Assembly: GCA_028534125.1 (NCBI GenBank)
Contig: CM052816.1
Span: 92,196,001-92,260,000, forward strand
Source of the DNA: Lama glama
Taxonomy: Eukaryota
DNA: 64,000 nucleotides
Direction: 5' to 3'
The notes under the pieces are model-generated. The model ran no database searches and was not told the origin of the DNA. It was given only the letters and a program-made list of their open reading frames with translations. Positions 63,209 through 64,000 of the stretch are shown in pieces. Within the stretch, counting starts at the first letter, position 1; each line of letters opens with the position of its first letter. Both the position numbers and the translations under genes were made by a program.

Positions 63209-64000
63209 ATATATTACAACCACCCACAAAGCTTTTCCTATAAATTTCACAATCAAAAATGATGCGCCTGAGGGCTGGCTGGCGCCAGAGCATTATGGTC
63301 TAAAAGTTGCCTATTATTCTACTTCTGCCACAGGGACTCTACAGTGTTACTTACATTCGGCCATGCATGACCCCGAGAGAAAGACAGGGATTGTATTCTA
63401 ATGGCTGTATTTTAGAAGACAATTTTAAATAGTTGTCTTTTGATTTCCTAATTGAGGTCACACAGTCAACAGCAGAAATCTACATTTTTTGCTCAGTGTA
63501 AAAGGTAATGAATTATTGCTGTAAAAGAATGACTTGATACAGAGATTAATAAAGGCTCTTAGACAAGAGTTTTACAATTAATTGGTCCCTGGATTAAGAA
63601 AACTCACATGACCTCCTGGAATTAAAATGTCCTCACGGGCTCTAACTGAAAACTAATTACGGTCAATTTTCTCCGCCTAATTTTAAAAGTCAATTTCTGC
63701 CTTTTCTCAAGTTTCCCATCTCAACAATACCCAGTTTCACCCACAGATGGAAGCCCTGAACACAGTGTCAAGCTTGTTTCCATGGAAGGGTCATTCAAGG
63801 ATTCCAGTTGGTTGCCACATAGTCTGGGTGATGAAATGCTGTTGCTTCCTGGGAACCACAGGTGAGCAGGACTTTGGCATTCTGTGTCCCACGGGACAGA
63901 GGACCCGGCTCCCCTGAGTTGCATGTCTTGCTCCTCCAAATGGAAAAGTTCTCTCTACACAACCGTCATCAGCTGATTTCACGCAGGTGTTCTGCTCTCT

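Noticed and set aside
1..64000. The many 60-170 aa ORFs in the supplied track as host genes
   Set aside because: They are short, overlap on both strands, often use non-ATG starts, show no recognisable domains and mostly lie inside repeats. Only the L1 ORF2 pieces are real coding relics.

Overview
Mammalian, AT-rich, repeat-dense non-coding DNA (intergenic or deep intronic). It is most likely camelid, inferred from two tRNA-derived SINEs of Vic-1 type and no recognisable Alu, Bov-tA/BovB, PRE-1 or Can-SINE. I found no host protein-coding exon, RNA gene or CRISPR array. The only recognisable coding remnants are transposon-derived: L1 ORF2 (mainly 24.4-26.0 kb) and ERVL-type gag, RT-connection, RNase H and integrase fragments (30.4-32.1 kb and 44.5-45.3 kb). 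Much of the window is L1 3' ends, L2, MIR, MaLR/ERVL/ERV1 LTRs and hAT MITEs, many with readable target-site duplications (TSDs) and nesting. Five observations stand out: (1) a ~200-bp unannotated segment present twice 19 kb apart (about 87% identical), one copy TSD-flanked and tailless; (2) the fragmented, out-of-order ERVL fossil; (3) a small CpG-dense, palindrome/motif-rich element near 55.0-55.4 kb; (4) an L1 relic with apparent AT-to-GC substitution bias; (5) two co-oriented CTCF-like motifs. I see no solid evidence for a new biological system. Repeat subfamily names come from recalled consensus sequences, not a database search, and boundaries without TSDs are approximate.
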